This document shows, one piece after another, positions 39,613 through 53,699 of a stretch of DNA of 64,000 nucleotides. The translations under genes were made by a program, and so were the position numbers. Source of the DNA: Eledone cirrhosa (lineage: Eukaryota); assembly GCA_964016885.1 (NCBI GenBank), contig OZ024747.1:28086001-28150000 (forward strand), written 5' to 3'. How positions within the stretch are numbered: position 1 is the first letter of the stretch; every line of letters begins with the position of its first letter. The notes below the pieces were generated by a model. It was not told the origin of the DNA and made no database searches. It was given only the letters and a program-made list of their open reading frames with translations.

Positions 39613-40545
39613 TATTTTGCTGCTGTTGTTGTTGTTAGTCTTATTTTCATTGCGTGCTGTTGCTATTTTACCAAGCTCAACTCTGTATAGCTTGAGGAAG
39701 TGCAGTATTAATGTTTTCAGTGTTGTTTCTATTGTATTGGAAGTACTCTATCATTTGTGTGTGTATGCAGTGACTAGTAGTGATATTTTCTATATGTTGT
39801 ATATATTTGCGTAGGTCTTGGCATATACTACATTGCATATATTTACAAATCCTGAGGTGCTCTACATAATGTGTTCAGTGTCTAGTAGTGTTATTTTCTG
39901 TATTGTATATACTTGTGCAAGTCCTGAGGTACTCTGTAATATGTGAGCAGTGCCTAGTAGTACTATTTTCTGTATGTTGTATATACCTGAGTAAGTCCTG
40001 GGATTTTGATTATTATTATTAATCATTAGAACATTGGACAAAATGCTTTGTGGATTTATTCTGGCTCTTTATATTCTGCATTCAAATCCTACTGAGGTCA
40101 AATTTGCCTATCATTCTTTTAAGGTTCATAAAATAAAGTGCCAGTAATGTATTGGGGCTGCTTTAATTGACTTCAAAAATTACTAGCCTTGTAGCTAAAT
40201 TAAAATCCACTATTAAATATTTTTAACCTTTTACATATTAAAAAAAAAGTTTTGTTTATTTTTTCTTCTCCCCCTAATGTTGTATTGAAATTTAATAACT
40301 ACTCTTTTGATACCAAAGTTTTCACTAATGTATCTATTGTAAATATTTAATTTCTAGATCATATTTCTAGATCATTATACTTATATATGAAGTTCTTTTT
40401 GAGGCAATGTTTTATGGAGAAGCTTGTTATGCGACCTGCAAGACTAACCTCTGCTAGAGCAGGGAAATTGCCTTAAAATGCTTGCTGTTTGTTATTGTCT
40501 CCATTATGTATAAGTTGTTCCCAATTCTCTGCCTTGTCTCTGTAG

Positions 40546-40781
40546 AAATATTCCACCCAAAAAGAAGAGAAAGTACAATATGTTCCACAGAAAACCAGCT
40601 GTAAACTTTCTCAAGGCCACCACTAGTACGACCAGCAACTACACCAACACCTCTAGAAAGAATTTGAAAACTGACCGCCGAGGGAGTGCTGTATATGAAA
40701 AATTTCCTTACAAACGTAAGATATCATCATGGCGAGATTTACCTTATTCAACTCCACCACAGTATACTAAATCAAATACAA
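40546..40781 (+). CDS. AGBL5: AGBL5 coding exon 13 (predicted; basic PPKKKRK motif)
   Basis: ctgtag acceptor; a phase-2 join is in frame with ORF 40580; donor GTAAGT at 40782, phase 1. Confidence 0.72.
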
Positions 40782-42789
40782 GTAAGTCATCATCTTATTC
40801 TTATCGTTTTCCTTTTTTTTCTTCTTTTATTTTACATATTTCTTATTGTATATTTAATTTTTTAAGATATAGTTAACCATTTTGATACCAACCCAGCCAA
40901 AATCAACTCTACTTCTAGGAAAAAAAAAACAACCATTTTAAAGGGATCCTATGTAAATTAAAATCTTCCAACATAATTCAATATAAGAACCATAAGTTAA
41001 GTTACTAGCTTAGTAATGAAATAGTTTATAATTTTAGTAAATCAATCAAAATACTTCATTAATTAATTGAAATAGTATATTTCATTAGAATTTTTTAATA
41101 TATTTTATATATAAGTAGGTTTTTTAAAATATATTCTTATATTCATTTCATTCATTTCATTTTACGTCTGCTTTTTCCCTGCTTGCAAGGGTGGGACGGG
41201 AACTGATTCTGGCTTGATTTCTACAGCTGGATGCCCTTCCTAACACCAACCTCATTTACAGTGAGTGCTGGGTGCTTTTTTTGCCGTGGCACCTCCACGA
41301 CCACTTTGCAGTGGAATGATAGAGACCCCAGTCCCTATCATCTCATTTCTACAGCTGAGTAAACTGGAGCAATGTGAAATAAAGTGTCTTGCTCAAGTAC
41401 ACAACACATCACCCGGTCTGAGAATTGAACTCACAACCTTTCGATTGCAAGACCAATGCTCTAACCACTAAGCCATATGCCTTCATATATATATATATAT
41501 GAAGACTCGACTTCCCACGAGTACAAGCCGAAGCTGAAGCATATAAGCATATAGACAATATGCCCCCACCCCCTCCCACTGCAAAGGGGTCGTGGAGATG
41601 CCACGGCAAAAAAGTACCCAGCCCACACTGTAAAGTGAACATGTAGGCGCCATGGAAAAAAAAACACCCAGCACTCTCTGTAAATGAGGTTGGTGTTAGG
41701 AAGGGCATCCAGCTGTGGAAATCAAGCCAGAATCAGTTCCTGTATGTGCAAGACATGGTCAGCCAACTGGCTACAGCCCACAACAGGACAACTCATCTAA
41801 CCCATGCTAGCGTGGAGGAATGGACGTGAAACGGTGAGGATGATGATTAGAAATATGCCCAGGGAAGGGTTGAACAAACATACAACATGGCTCAAAGTTT
41901 ACACTTACCAGTTAATTTATTACAACTTTATTGTATTGCGTATCTCTTTGTCCATCCATCCGTTTATTCACCCATATGTGTGTGTATGTGTGTGTTTATT
42001 AAAGTCTATGTAGGTTAATGTATTTCTGAGTGTGTATGTATGTATGTATGCCATCACCAATATCATCATTTAATGTCCATTTCTCCTACTATAAAATGTT
42101 GGATGAGGCATCTTACATATGTTTCCCTTTTCTACAGTGTGCACTTAGTACATTTTAACCTGGCACCAGTGCAAAGGAAGTTATCTTCTGATGTGCTGTG
42201 TGGTCTGTGTGTCATCCTTCTTACTTTCTCCTATCCTATTCCAGCCTCCATATAGGGTAGAAACAGGATTGGGGCAGGTAAGAAGGATAGTAAGTATGGA
42301 GCTGTAGTTTTTTGTGTGTATATATGCTTTTATTAATGCCTGTATATTTTAATGTATTTCCGAACATATATCATCATCATTATCACCATTTTATGTCTAT
42401 TTCCCATCCTTGCATGGGTTAGATGGGTTTTCAAATTCTGAGGCTAGACTGGTCAGATGACCATGTCTAGCTCATGCATTCCATTTTTAGCATGGTTGCT
42501 ATGGCTAGATGTCCTCCCTAACACCAACCACTTTACAGCCTATACTGGAATAATTTTATCATAGCCCCAACACAGTAGGAAAGCAAGTGCCAAGTTGAAG
42601 AGAGTGAATGACATCTGGTAATATATTATGAAGCATGCTGACTTTCCATGCTTGTCTAGCCTGAGCAAGGAAGGTGAATTATGGATGTGAGGGGGGAGGG
42701 AGTGCATGAGTTGGACGATGAAAGATGTGAGTAGTTGAGGGGGACTAAAGTGGGAGAAGCCTAGAGATAAAGTGCATCCATCTTTCTAT

Positions 42790-43890
42790 ACTGTCATGGA
42801 TTGAACAATGAAGGATATGACTGATGAATTCTAAAGTGTGCAAGTGCTATGCTACAACTATCATCCTCTATATGCATCACATGTCCATATCATATAGTCT
42901 CCTCCCCTATACACTGTATCTAATCTCTCTTATGCCCAATTTTTCCTTCAACTCATTGATACTTTGATTTTCACATACTCTGCAATTACACACTCATTGG
43001 AACATATTAACCTCTCTCTTTCCAATCTTTGTAGGTCCTCTGCTCACACTTTCATGCAGTATTGGCATTTTCACTTAAGCCCCCATATAATCATCCTTTC
43101 ATTCTGAGAGAGAAACCCTTAGTAGCCAATTGTAGTAGCAGCTTGCTGAAATTTTTCCACCCAGTTCTCATTCTGGCTACTGTACTTTCAACACACTTAT
43201 CTCCACTGCTAATTTGATCACCCAGGTAACAGAAGCTGTTGACTATTTCTAGGGAGCTCTCTAAGCATTTGATAAGCTTGGTTCATGTGAGCTTTTGTTG
43301 CTTACTTCTTCTGTGCACTTGCCACATACAAAGCCTACATTCTTTATTAGCCTTTCTGAGATTCTGCTATATCTATTGTGTACCCATAGTTTATATTTGG
43401 TGCATAGAATGGAATTTCTATGAACTACTTAACTGGCTATTTCCCTGGTGGAATCAGGGCCTTGTAATCTTTCCTACTCAGTAGGATTTTAGTCTTTGCC
43501 AAGTTGACTTTGAGGCTATTCGATTCCAGGATTTGCTTCTATGTCTGGAGTTTCTTCTCTAATTCTGCCACAAATTCAGTTATGAGGACTAGATCATTTG
43601 CATAGGAGTTCCTATGGGAAACAAGTTTGAAAACTCCTCTGTTATGGCCTGGAGAACAATAATAAACTTGAGGGAGATCAGTGGTAGGTGCCCACCTACA
43701 CACTCAATTCGTTAACTCCAACCTTGCTGACTGCACCTCTGCACATGTCATTCCTCTACTCCTAGTTTCCTAAGAGCTCACCATATTAGGAAGCGGGGCA
43801 CCTTGTCAGTTGCTTTCTCCAAGTCAAGAAATATCAAATGGAAAGGCTTTCTCTTAACTAGATACCTTGCAGCTGTCATACAAAGAAGAG
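42790..43890 (-). mobile_element. Highly degenerate RTE LINE fragment related to the 46290..48500 element
   Basis: Shares segments such as AAACTCCTCTGTTATGGC, TGATCACCCAGGTA and an L(S)YANDLV RT remnant at ~43590. Confidence 0.7.
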
Positions 43891-44199
43891 GGCATCTATA
43901 CTTTAATTAGTTATGCTAACTAACTTTCATGACTTGGTCCATCAACTTGATACATCTATAAATTAATACCTACTCAATCTAACAATAAATTCCTAGAGTT
44001 TTATTGGGATATTACATTTCAAAATTCAGAAACTAACTTGTTGATGTAAATAGATGAAAGACACGTAGAAAGTAGTAGTAACCCTTTTGATTCCAAACCA
44101 CCTGAAACTGCCCCTGGTTCTATGATACAAAACTGTATGTTAGAGTGTGTGTGTATGTTAATGTATTTGTGTGTATGTCATGATGATGATCATCATCAT

Positions 44200-44560
44200 T
44201 TTATATCCGCTTTTCCCTGCTTGCAAGGTCCTATTCAGCACAGCATCTCTCCACTTGTCATGGTCCTTCGTCATCTCCACCGTGAGCTTCAGCAATCTGA
44301 GGTCTGCTCTTACCACCTCAGCCCATGTTTTTCGTGGTCTTCCTCTACTACATCTTCCTTCAACTGGAATTTGTCCATACCATCGCAGTCTCCTCTCCCG
44401 CATACTACAATTTATCCCTCTCAAACACAGTTTCTCTCTCAACACATCCATGCTCAGTCGTTCACGCACATTGACATTGCACATCCAACGGAGCATGCTT
44501 GCCTCATTTCTCTCCAGCCGACGCATATCCTCTGTAGTTGCTGCCCAAGTCTCACTACCA
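44200..44560 (-). mobile_element. RTE LINE 3' fragment; further fragments at ~7000..7390(-), 22750..23010(+), 50380..50560(+)
   Basis: Encodes YGSETWA..RRLERNEASMLRWMCNV..RRLRWYG..RGRPRKTW, followed by a (GAT)n tail. Confidence 0.85.
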
Positions 44561-44675
44561 TATATATATATATATATATATATACAAATATACAAATCTC
44601 ATACACATATACAAATCTCTTATATATATACAATGATATTAAATAAATCGAAACTATATTTATAAAACCATATTT

Positions 44676-44734
44676 ATTCTATTATATATATGTCAAGGGT
44701 ACCAAAACTTTAGTACGCTCTCATCAGATAAAAT
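44676..44734 (-). ncRNA. Paralogous hammerhead ribozyme with mutated core (GACA for GAAA)
   Basis: The ~160-bp segment 44630..44790 is homologous to 9631..9790; CUGAUGA and stems I/II are retained. Confidence 0.5.
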
Positions 44735-44980
44735 ACAAAGTTTATTTTATAAATATTGACATATCCAGGAAGAAGATGTTAACGGTTCAAGTTTTTCCTA
44801 TATACATATATACAACCGTAAAAGTTTGGAGATATAAATATGAACACTTATCTTTACAAAGTTTTCACAATAAAGAAATTCACGGTGTGTATTAAAGTCT
44901 GTGTATGTTTATGTATTTTTATGTGCGTGTATCTGCACGTTTGTTTATTAACCTCTTTCTTGCCTTTGTTCCATTTGCAG

Positions 44981-45041
44981 ATCACAGATATTCATTAACC
45001 AAAGACATTTCCTTCCGAGGTCTTGTCAATTCATCTTCCAT
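44981..45041 (+). CDS. AGBL5: AGBL5 coding exon 14 (predicted)
   Basis: tttgcag acceptor after a long pyrimidine tract; open in phase 1 to 2; donor GTAAGT. Confidence 0.65.
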
Positions 45042-46267
45042 GTAAGTTTATATTATCCTCAGTCTCTTAGAAAACTCCTTCATGTGTTTTTCCCTACAAC
45101 TTGTGGAAAGGGGTGAATCAAGCATTCTCCACTGGATGTGTCATGTTAATATGGATTAATGATGAAGCATGGATGAATTGAGAGAAAATTTAGGTATAAG
45201 AAAAATACTGTGATGTGCAGGAGAGATTACATTGGTATGGACATGAGCAGCATATGTATATGCTTGAACTTCACTACGTTCTCACCCTGAAACCCTGTAA
45301 AACAGTGGGTAAATAGGCAATGACAACACAGTGGCAAAGACCCTCTGGCACTGTCAGCTACCTTGTATGCCCCACTGAGAGGTAGGTAATCAGTTGACTA
45401 GCTGGTTTCCTAATGTTTGTGTTGCAGATGGTTAGGTCAAGAGCATTGCAGAACTCCAGAAACCCAGTCCTCTCCATATTTCTTGTACCATAACCATAGC
45501 CTCCATGTACACCAGGAAATCTGTCATGGTGTTTCCCAACATGTCCATTGATGTCACCAGCTACAATAATGAAATCCCTGCCACTGAAGCAGCCTGTAAG
45601 AAGGCCTCATAGCAGTAGCCCTTCTGCTTGTGCGCTACTAGATATATAGGAGCTGATCCTTCATATAAATCATATAAAGACATTTTTGAAGGAACTTTTT
45701 GAATTTTTGGAAAAAATAAAAAAAATGTTAAGTTATGAGAAATTGTTTAAATATCTTTATACCATATGATGAGCTCAGGCCGATGGTGTGGGTATGAAAA
45801 AGACTACCTAGCCATAGACCTCAGCAAAATATGTATGTTGGAGATGAAAATAAACCTGAATACAACTGCATATGGCTTATGTATTTAATACTCTATAATG
45901 CTCCAGCTTGTGCCATTTATACATATCATTGAACATTTAATTTTATCTGCATCATAGCCGAGTCACTAAAATGTGAATTGCATCCCTGGTTGGTTAGCTC
46001 CATATTAAAATATGTCTATATAGAGAGAGATCAGAAATATACCACTTTTAAACTAGTAAGACCATTATTCAGCAGAGCACTCGATATTTGGGAAGTAGAG
46101 TGTAAATATATTAGAGAGTGAGGGCCTGATGGCTGAGCTATTGCTGTTTCAACAGCAAATTCCAGACTCTATATATAACCCTTGCTAGAAGGGAAAGCGA
46201 ATGTTAAATGATGATTATAATATATATATATATACATATATATGTGTACGTATATATATATATATAT

Positions 46268-48500
46268 CATCATCATTTTATGTTTGCTATTCCCTGCTTG
46301 CAAGGGTAGGATGGGTCCTCTTCAGCACAGCACCTTTCCATTCGTCATGGTCCCTCATCATCTCTTCTGTGAGCTTCAGCGATCTGAGATCAGCTCTCAC
46401 TACCTCCGCCCATGTTTTTTCATGGTCTTCCTCTACTGTGTCTTCCTTCCACCGAGATTTCTTGGCACTTCTTCACCCAGCGGTCATCTTCCATGTGCAT
46501 GACATGACCATACCAATGCAGTCTTCTCTCCCGCACACTACAGTTTATCCCTCTTATACACAGTTTCACTCTCGTCTATGCTTGGTCATTCACACACATT
46601 GATATTGCACATCCATCGGAACATACTTGCTTCATTTCTACCAGACGTCGCATATCCTCCGCAGTTGCTGCCTATGTCTCACTACCATGCAGCATCGCGC
46701 ATCTCATACAGGCATCATATAACCGACCTTTCGTTCATAGGGAGAAATCCTTCATTGTCAACAGAGAAAGCAGCTCCCTAAACTTCTTCCATCCTGTCCT
46801 TATTCTAGATACTATGGCATTGGAGCATCCTCCTCCCTTGCTAATCTGATCACCTAGGTATCCAAAATCAGCCACATCTATAGATCCTACCTGCATTTGA
46901 AAAATGTGCCTATTGCTGACACTTCTATCAAAATTCCCTGAACATCTACCACATATGAAGTTTTCCCTTCCTGTTAGTTTGCCTGCTATCCCACTACACC
47001 TCTTGTGTACCCAAGATCTGCATTGTGTACATTCTATAGAGTTTATGCCAACTCCTTTTCTACATATTGAACATGGCCATTTTCCTGATGGAATCAGAGT
47101 TTTGTTCTCTTTCCTACTTATCAACACTTTAGTCTTGGCGAGGTTCACTCTCAGTCCTCTTGATTCCAACTGTTGTTTCCATAGCCGGAATGTATTCTCT
47201 AGTTCCTCTAGTGATACTGCTATAAGAACCAGATCGTCAGCATAGAGAAGTTCCTATGGGCAGCCAGTCTTAAACTCCTCTGTTATGGCTTGGAGAACTG
47301 TCATGAATAAGAGTGGGATGAGGACCGAACCCTAATGAACTCCTACTTGTATCTGGAATTCTTCACTAAACTCCATTCCTACTCTCACTTTACTGCCAGC
47401 TCCTCTGTACATAGCTTGCACTGTCCTCACAAGCCATTCCTCTACACCTAGTTTCCTTAGGGAGCACTAGATGACAGATCAGGGTACTCTATCAAAGGCC
47501 TTCTCTATGTCAACAAAAGCTAAATATAGTGGCTTATTTTTCTCTAAGAACCTCTCTTGCAGTTGTCTCACTAAGAAGTGGGCATCTATTGTACTTTTCC
47601 CAGGCACAAAACCAAACTGCATCTCATCTAATTTGACTCTTTCTCTAATTAGTTGTGCTAGCACTCTTTCTGTCACTTTCATACCCTGATCCATCAGTTT
47701 TATGCCCCTATAATTGCTCCTCTCCAGAGCATCCCCATTACCTTTGTAGCAATTTACAAGAATATTGCTGCACCAGTCTTTGGGTATGACTCTGCCATAT
47801 ATAGCTTGATTGACTGTGCATGCAACCAGTTTAGTTTCTACTTCTGATGCCTTCAGCATCACAGCAACTATCCCTAATGTTCAGCAGCCTTACCACTTTT
47901 CATTTCCTTAATTGCTTCTTTGACCATATAGTCGTCAATCTCAATAGCTAGTCCCTCTATTGGGTCTGTTGGAGATAGTTTCTCTCTCTCCCATTCATTC
48001 TCAACATTCATCAGTCTCTCATAATGACATTTACAGGCCTCCTTTTTGTGAACATCAGTGACACTAAGTGCTCCAGCATCATTTCAGAGACACTTATCTC
48101 CAACAACATCCTGATTTACACTGACACACTGCCTTGCAATGTGGAACACCTCACATCTCTGATCCTCTCGTCCCAGAACATTGGCAAACGTCCTACTCTC
48201 AGCTTCCCTGTGTGCTAAGTATACCAGTTGTTTAGCCTCTCTTTTAGCAACTGAGTATCGGTCTCTACTCCCCTCATTTTTCCAATCCTTCCATGCTTGT
48301 CTTTTGTCTTTAATGGCTCTATCTACCATGCTGTTCCACCACCAAGTCACCCTCTGTCTGGCTGGAGCTTTGCTCCATCCACAAGTCTCTTCAGTTGCTT
48401 GCAGTAGGTTGTCACATAAGAACTTCCAGTTATCTTCTATGTCATACAATTCTAATTCGCCTTCTTTCTCATCATACACATCTTGAAGGGCTTTCCTAAA
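46268..48500 (-). mobile_element. 5'-truncated degenerate RTE-clade LINE with a PHD-like finger downstream of the RT
   Basis: NYRGIKLM, QFGFVPGKSTIDA, AFVDIEKAFDRVP, LLYADDL, GLRVNLAKTK, then CSIC..IECTQCRSWVHKRC..FICGRC; 3' tail CCCTTGCAAGCAGGGAA..GATGATG. Confidence 0.92.
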
Positions 48501-48565
48501 TTTATAGAGAGAGAGATATTATAAAGATATATATCTTATCTATATGTCTTTGTTACCATTTTCAG

Positions 48566-48641
48566 AAATATTAACAGTCAGCCATTTCAAATTAAAGGAT
48601 GTTCTGTCAGTACCCATGCCAAATCTATCAAACATCCAGAA
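48566..48641 (+). CDS. AGBL5: AGBL5 coding exon 15 (predicted)
   Basis: ttttcag acceptor; open in phase 2 to 0; donor GTAAGT. Confidence 0.65.
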
Positions 48642-49500
48642 GTAAGTCTATTGATTTTATTCCAACTCCTTCATTTCTTGAGTCTCTTTCATAACCTACC
48701 ATGTTGTCATTATTGTTACAGCTTTGCCTTTCATCCTTACGGGGTCGATAAAATAAAGTACCAGTAATGCACTGGTAAATTGCTGGCCTTGAGCCTAAAG
48801 TAGAAACAATTATTGTTACAGCTTTGGATTGTCAGTATCGGTAGAGAATCAGAAACCATGCTTTGCAGCATAGTTATGGCTCTTTATGTTCTGAGTTCAA
48901 ATCCCACTGAGGTTAACTTTGCCTTTCATCCTTACGGGGTTGATAAAATAAAGCACCAGTAATGCACTGGGGTAATTGCTGGCCTTGTGCCAAAAGTAGA
49001 AACAATTATTCTTACAGGTTTAGTTGGCCTCCTATGAGATTGCATCTCATATGAGGTTTCTCGGGTGTTTTAATGATACAGGCCCCAGTCCTATCATGTT
49101 GATACAGCTCACATCTGTATAGCTTTAGCCGGTCACCTATGTGGTTACATCTTATATGAGGTTTCTTGAGTGTTTTATTGATGGGGGCCCTAGTCCTATC
49201 ATGTTGATACAGCTCACAGCTATGTAGGTTTAGCTGGCCTTGTTATGTCTCATAGAAGCTTTTTTTAGGTGTTGTAACATGAAAAGCAATATGAAATGAA
49301 TGGTGATGGTGCTGGTGGTGATTTTGGTTGTAGTAGTGGTGAGGATGATGTTAATGGTGATAGTGATGATGATGGTGGTTTGTGGTGGTAGTGGTTTGCC
49401 CTTAGTTTATACACTTTGGAAAAAATATCCTATTTCTTCATTTATGTCCACCTTTTCTTCTATAACAGTGTCTCTTTTTTTTTATTATTTATCATTTCAG

Positions 49501-49512
49501 ACTCCAAATTAA
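49501..49512 (+). CDS. AGBL5: AGBL5 terminal coding exon 16 (TPN-stop, predicted)
   Basis: Long T-rich tract and tttcag acceptor, then ACT CCA AAT TAA followed by UTR-like sequence. Confidence 0.55.
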   Translation, partial: TPN

Positions 49513-52023
49513 GACACGTCATAATATTTATTGCTGCAACATCTGACCTCACTTTATACAGTCTGTGCATCTTGGAAGGGAGGGAGGAGAGGACTTCTAT
49601 ATCAACTATTTGTCCAGCTTTTTTTTTTATTGGGGAGGGTTGTTAGAGCAGAGGAAATACTAAACATTTGTCATTGAAGTCAAACAATACCAAGGAAGAA
49701 ATCAGATCTTAAACCAAATAATTTATAAGCCAAATATACACATACATGCTCACACACACATTTGCACAGAAATAGATACACACACACACACACAAACCCA
49801 CTCACTCACACATATAAAGCTATTTAAATTTGGAATAATCTTCTTTCACTGTGTCACAATCAACACCAGAACAAAATACAGTTTTATTATTGTTATTATT
49901 ATTTCCATATTTCTAAAGGAGACAAAGTTTTGAAGAAATTATACTCTGGTCATTGAATTGTAGTTTCTGTTGTTGTTATTTTATTGTTTCAGTTTGAAAT
50001 TAAAGTATTACAGAAAACTGTTTATTGTTTTTGTTTATTTGTTGTGTTATTGTTATGATTGTAATATCAGGAAGATAGATAACTTATCCAGGAGTTGTGT
50101 AATTTCCATTAGTAGTGTTTCTGCATCTGTTGTTAGCTGTCAGGACACTGCATCCTTCAAACTTTCCATGCTTCCTGAAATTCGCCAACACTACACCTGA
50201 TATTCCCCCTCCATACACACTTCTGCATGTATCTGTGTGTATATCATGACTTGTACACTATTCACTTTCCTGACATTTGTACATTATTCTATGTACTATA
50301 CATGCACCTTTGATGAGTTGTGCACCTGAGCACTGTACACAATAATTTTCATTATTATTATTATCATTATTACCAGCTGCATAAAAAGGTGCAGAGCACT
50401 AGAAGTTGATGGAAACCGCGGAGTGGGGAGACCCAAGATGACCTGGGATGAGGTGATAAAAGCCGACCTTACCCAATTACACCTCTCAAAGACAATGACA
50501 CACGACCGTGACTTCTGGCGTCACGCAGTAATACAGAGTACCCGACCTCCCATGGGTACATGCTGAAGCACATAAACAATATGCCCCCCCCCCCCTCCAC
50601 CGCAAGGTGGTCGTGGAGGTGCCACGGCAAAAAAGCACCCAGCCCACACTGTAAAGTGGACGTGTAGGCGCCACGAAAAAGCACCCAGCACTCACTGTAA
50701 ATGAGGTTGGTGTTAGGAAGGGCATCCAGCTGTAGAAATCAAGCCAGATCAGTTCCTGTATGAGCAAGGCATGGTCAGCCGACCAGACACTGCACACAAC
50801 AGGACAACCCGTCTAACCCATGCTAGCGTGGAAGAACGGACGTAAAACGGTGATGATGATGATCAGGGCGGTGAATCAGCAGTATCGGTAGAGGGTCAGA
50901 CGCCATGCTTTGCAGCATAGTTAGGTCCCTTTACGGTCTGAGTTCAAATCCCGTCGAGGTTAACTTTGCCTTTCATCCTTACGGGGTCGATAAAATAAAG
51001 TACCAGTAATGCACTGGGGGTTATTGCTGACCTCGTGCTAAAAGTAGAAACAATTATTATTATTATCATTATTATTAGCTTTATTGTAACTGTAATGCTG
51101 TGATGACAAGCAATTTGTTTAGGCGTCATGTAGATTCCATCATTATTGTTGTATATGTTGTTGTGTTACTACTGTGATTATAATTGTTTCTACTTTTGGC
51201 ACAAGGCCAGCAATTATTTCAGTGTATTACTAGTACTTTATTTTATCGACCCCCGTAAGGATGAAAGGCAAAGTTAACCTCGGCGGGATTTGAACTCAGA
51301 CCATAAAGGGCCGTGATTATAATGCCAGGACACACAGGCTACCAGTTTAGTAGTCATATAGTTTCCATTAATATTGTCTGTGTTATTGTTGCGATTGTAG
51401 TACTAGACAGACAACCTGTAGACAGACAATCATGTAGTTTCCATTATCTTTGTCAGTTGAATAATTAAGCTATGATTGTAGTTAGCTGACAGACTTCTAT
51501 TGATCAAAACAGAAATAGTGTGATGTTTCAGAAGAGTCATCTCTGTCGATGATTAAACATACACACTCATTGGTGGCACATTGGTAGAGTTATTAATGTG
51601 CTATTTTTTCTGACTCTCTACCCTCTGAGTTCAAATCCTACCAAGGTCAGCATTGCCTTTCATTTTATGGGGTCAATAAACAGTCCAGTACAGTAAATTG
51701 GTGGAATTATTAGTGCCAGATGAGATACCTTGTTGTATTTGTTCTTGTTATTTACATTCTGAGTTCAAATCCCACTGGGGGTAAACTCAATCTATTGCCT
51801 AGGTTAACACCACTACCTGGTCCATATGTGCCATTAGCAGGGTCTATTCTGTTGCAAGCATTCAAGCCAGTCCTCCACCTTCATGACACTGCCCTTCAGT
51901 GTTGGCTGTCCTGAAGAGATATAGATACTGCACTACCCTCATTGATTAAAAAGTAAAAGAACAATAATAAAACTTTTTTAATGGAACACATGTCAGCGGA
52001 ATACTTAGTCACTTGCATGTTAA

Positions 52024-52243
52024 CCCTTTAACATTTACATTACTCTACATATATACTATCATATTTTTGTGGTAAAAGCTTTATCTTGTTTAATTATTTC
52101 GCGTAATATCGAATCTATGAGATTTTGATGTTATTTATTTTGAGAACATCTTAACGTCAGTATGAGTGGCAGGTTACAACCAGTTTGAATAGAAAGAAGT
52201 GAGAGAATTCTGGCTGGATATGGCCGGTTTAAATGCTAAAGGA
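52024..52243. mobile_element. piggyBac-type MITE, third copy
   Basis: TTAA|CCCTTTAACATTTA ... TAAATGCTAAAGGA|TTAA. Confidence 0.8.
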
Positions 52244-53699
52244 TTAATTTCCCAAGCGAGATGCTCCATTGATCAAACAATTGGAACACTCATCATGGAG
52301 ACCGATGAAGGTCCATTCCATAAATATATTCTGAAATTTCAAGTTATATTTTATTACAACTCTTAGTTTTATAATAACATATTACAAAGTGTTGTGTTAG
52401 TGATACTCTATTTCTATTTCACATTCAAAATCTTCTCATTAATTCTAACCTTTTCATTGTCATATATATAATGACAAACGCTGCCTATAATTTTCAAATA
52501 ATTTTGAAAATAATGTGAAGGTATTAAGTATAACTTTCCCATTTAGCTAGTGTTTGGAGTAGATAGAGGTGGCACTACCATTAAGACTAACTAGGTAGCC
52601 AACTAGAATGCATACTTGATGGATCACAATTTTAGATTTTAAAATGGCAACATAAGAACAACAAAAGATATTCTGCTCCAAATTTGTTTCTTCAGGTCCC
52701 CTTTTGATGAAGGTATTTTATCCTGAAATATTAAGGACTATTTAAAAACCACAAGGTAACATTCTAAATTCCTTATTATTTTTAACATTTAATATCCGTT
52801 TTGCATTGCTGTAACCTAATAAAACATTATTTTCTACACTTTGTGCAATGCTTCAACCTCTTGTATAATCAATTCATATATATATACTAATACACTGCAA
52901 TCAATCAATAAATAAATCACAATACATATTTGCTCATAACTGAGTGAAGGGGACAGACATTGCAGAGTTCACCTAAGCTCTGGCAGTAGGCTTACCAGAT
53001 AGATTAAAGTCACTGAAAATTCATACTACTTCTTCACCCATTTATTCCCGAGAGGTTTGCAGGGAGCAGAGTCCTCAAACACTCCTTCCAGCGGGTCCTG
53101 TCAGAAGCAACGATCTCCAGCTGATCTGGTTGGCTCACCAAGCTTGACCAGCCAAACTCATGGATGTTATCCAACCATTTTGCTTGGGGTCTACCCCCTG
53201 GGTCTCTTGCCGGTTGGTGTTACCCCTAAAATCTGTCCAGAGATTCTTTCCTGAGACATTCTAACCATATGCCAACCCTAATTATCCTCTGTATCCAGCC
53301 CCCAACTCTATTTGATCCTAAAAATTCCCTCTAAAGTTTATTGTATGTGGTACGGGTCGCTAAAATATAACAGAAATGTGAATTCTCTACAAGGATAAAT
53401 AGGGGAGGTAATTCATCAGTAAAATATTTCTACAAAATTTCATTAAAATATATAAATTCAGAATGTTATAAAGAAACAAACTTGGGATGGGGTAGGGGCA
53501 CTAAATTGTAGTCATATCCAAAGTAAATACACCTGACAAAAAAAATTAATCAAAAAGAAAAAAACATACATTCAATTATACACACAACAGCAAAGAATGG
53601 TGGTGTTGCTCTTAAACATTTTTGGAAAAAAACATTCTGCCTTTGGTCGCGCACTCATCCTAAGAGTACCTGACCATATTAGCCCCAGTTCAAACATGT

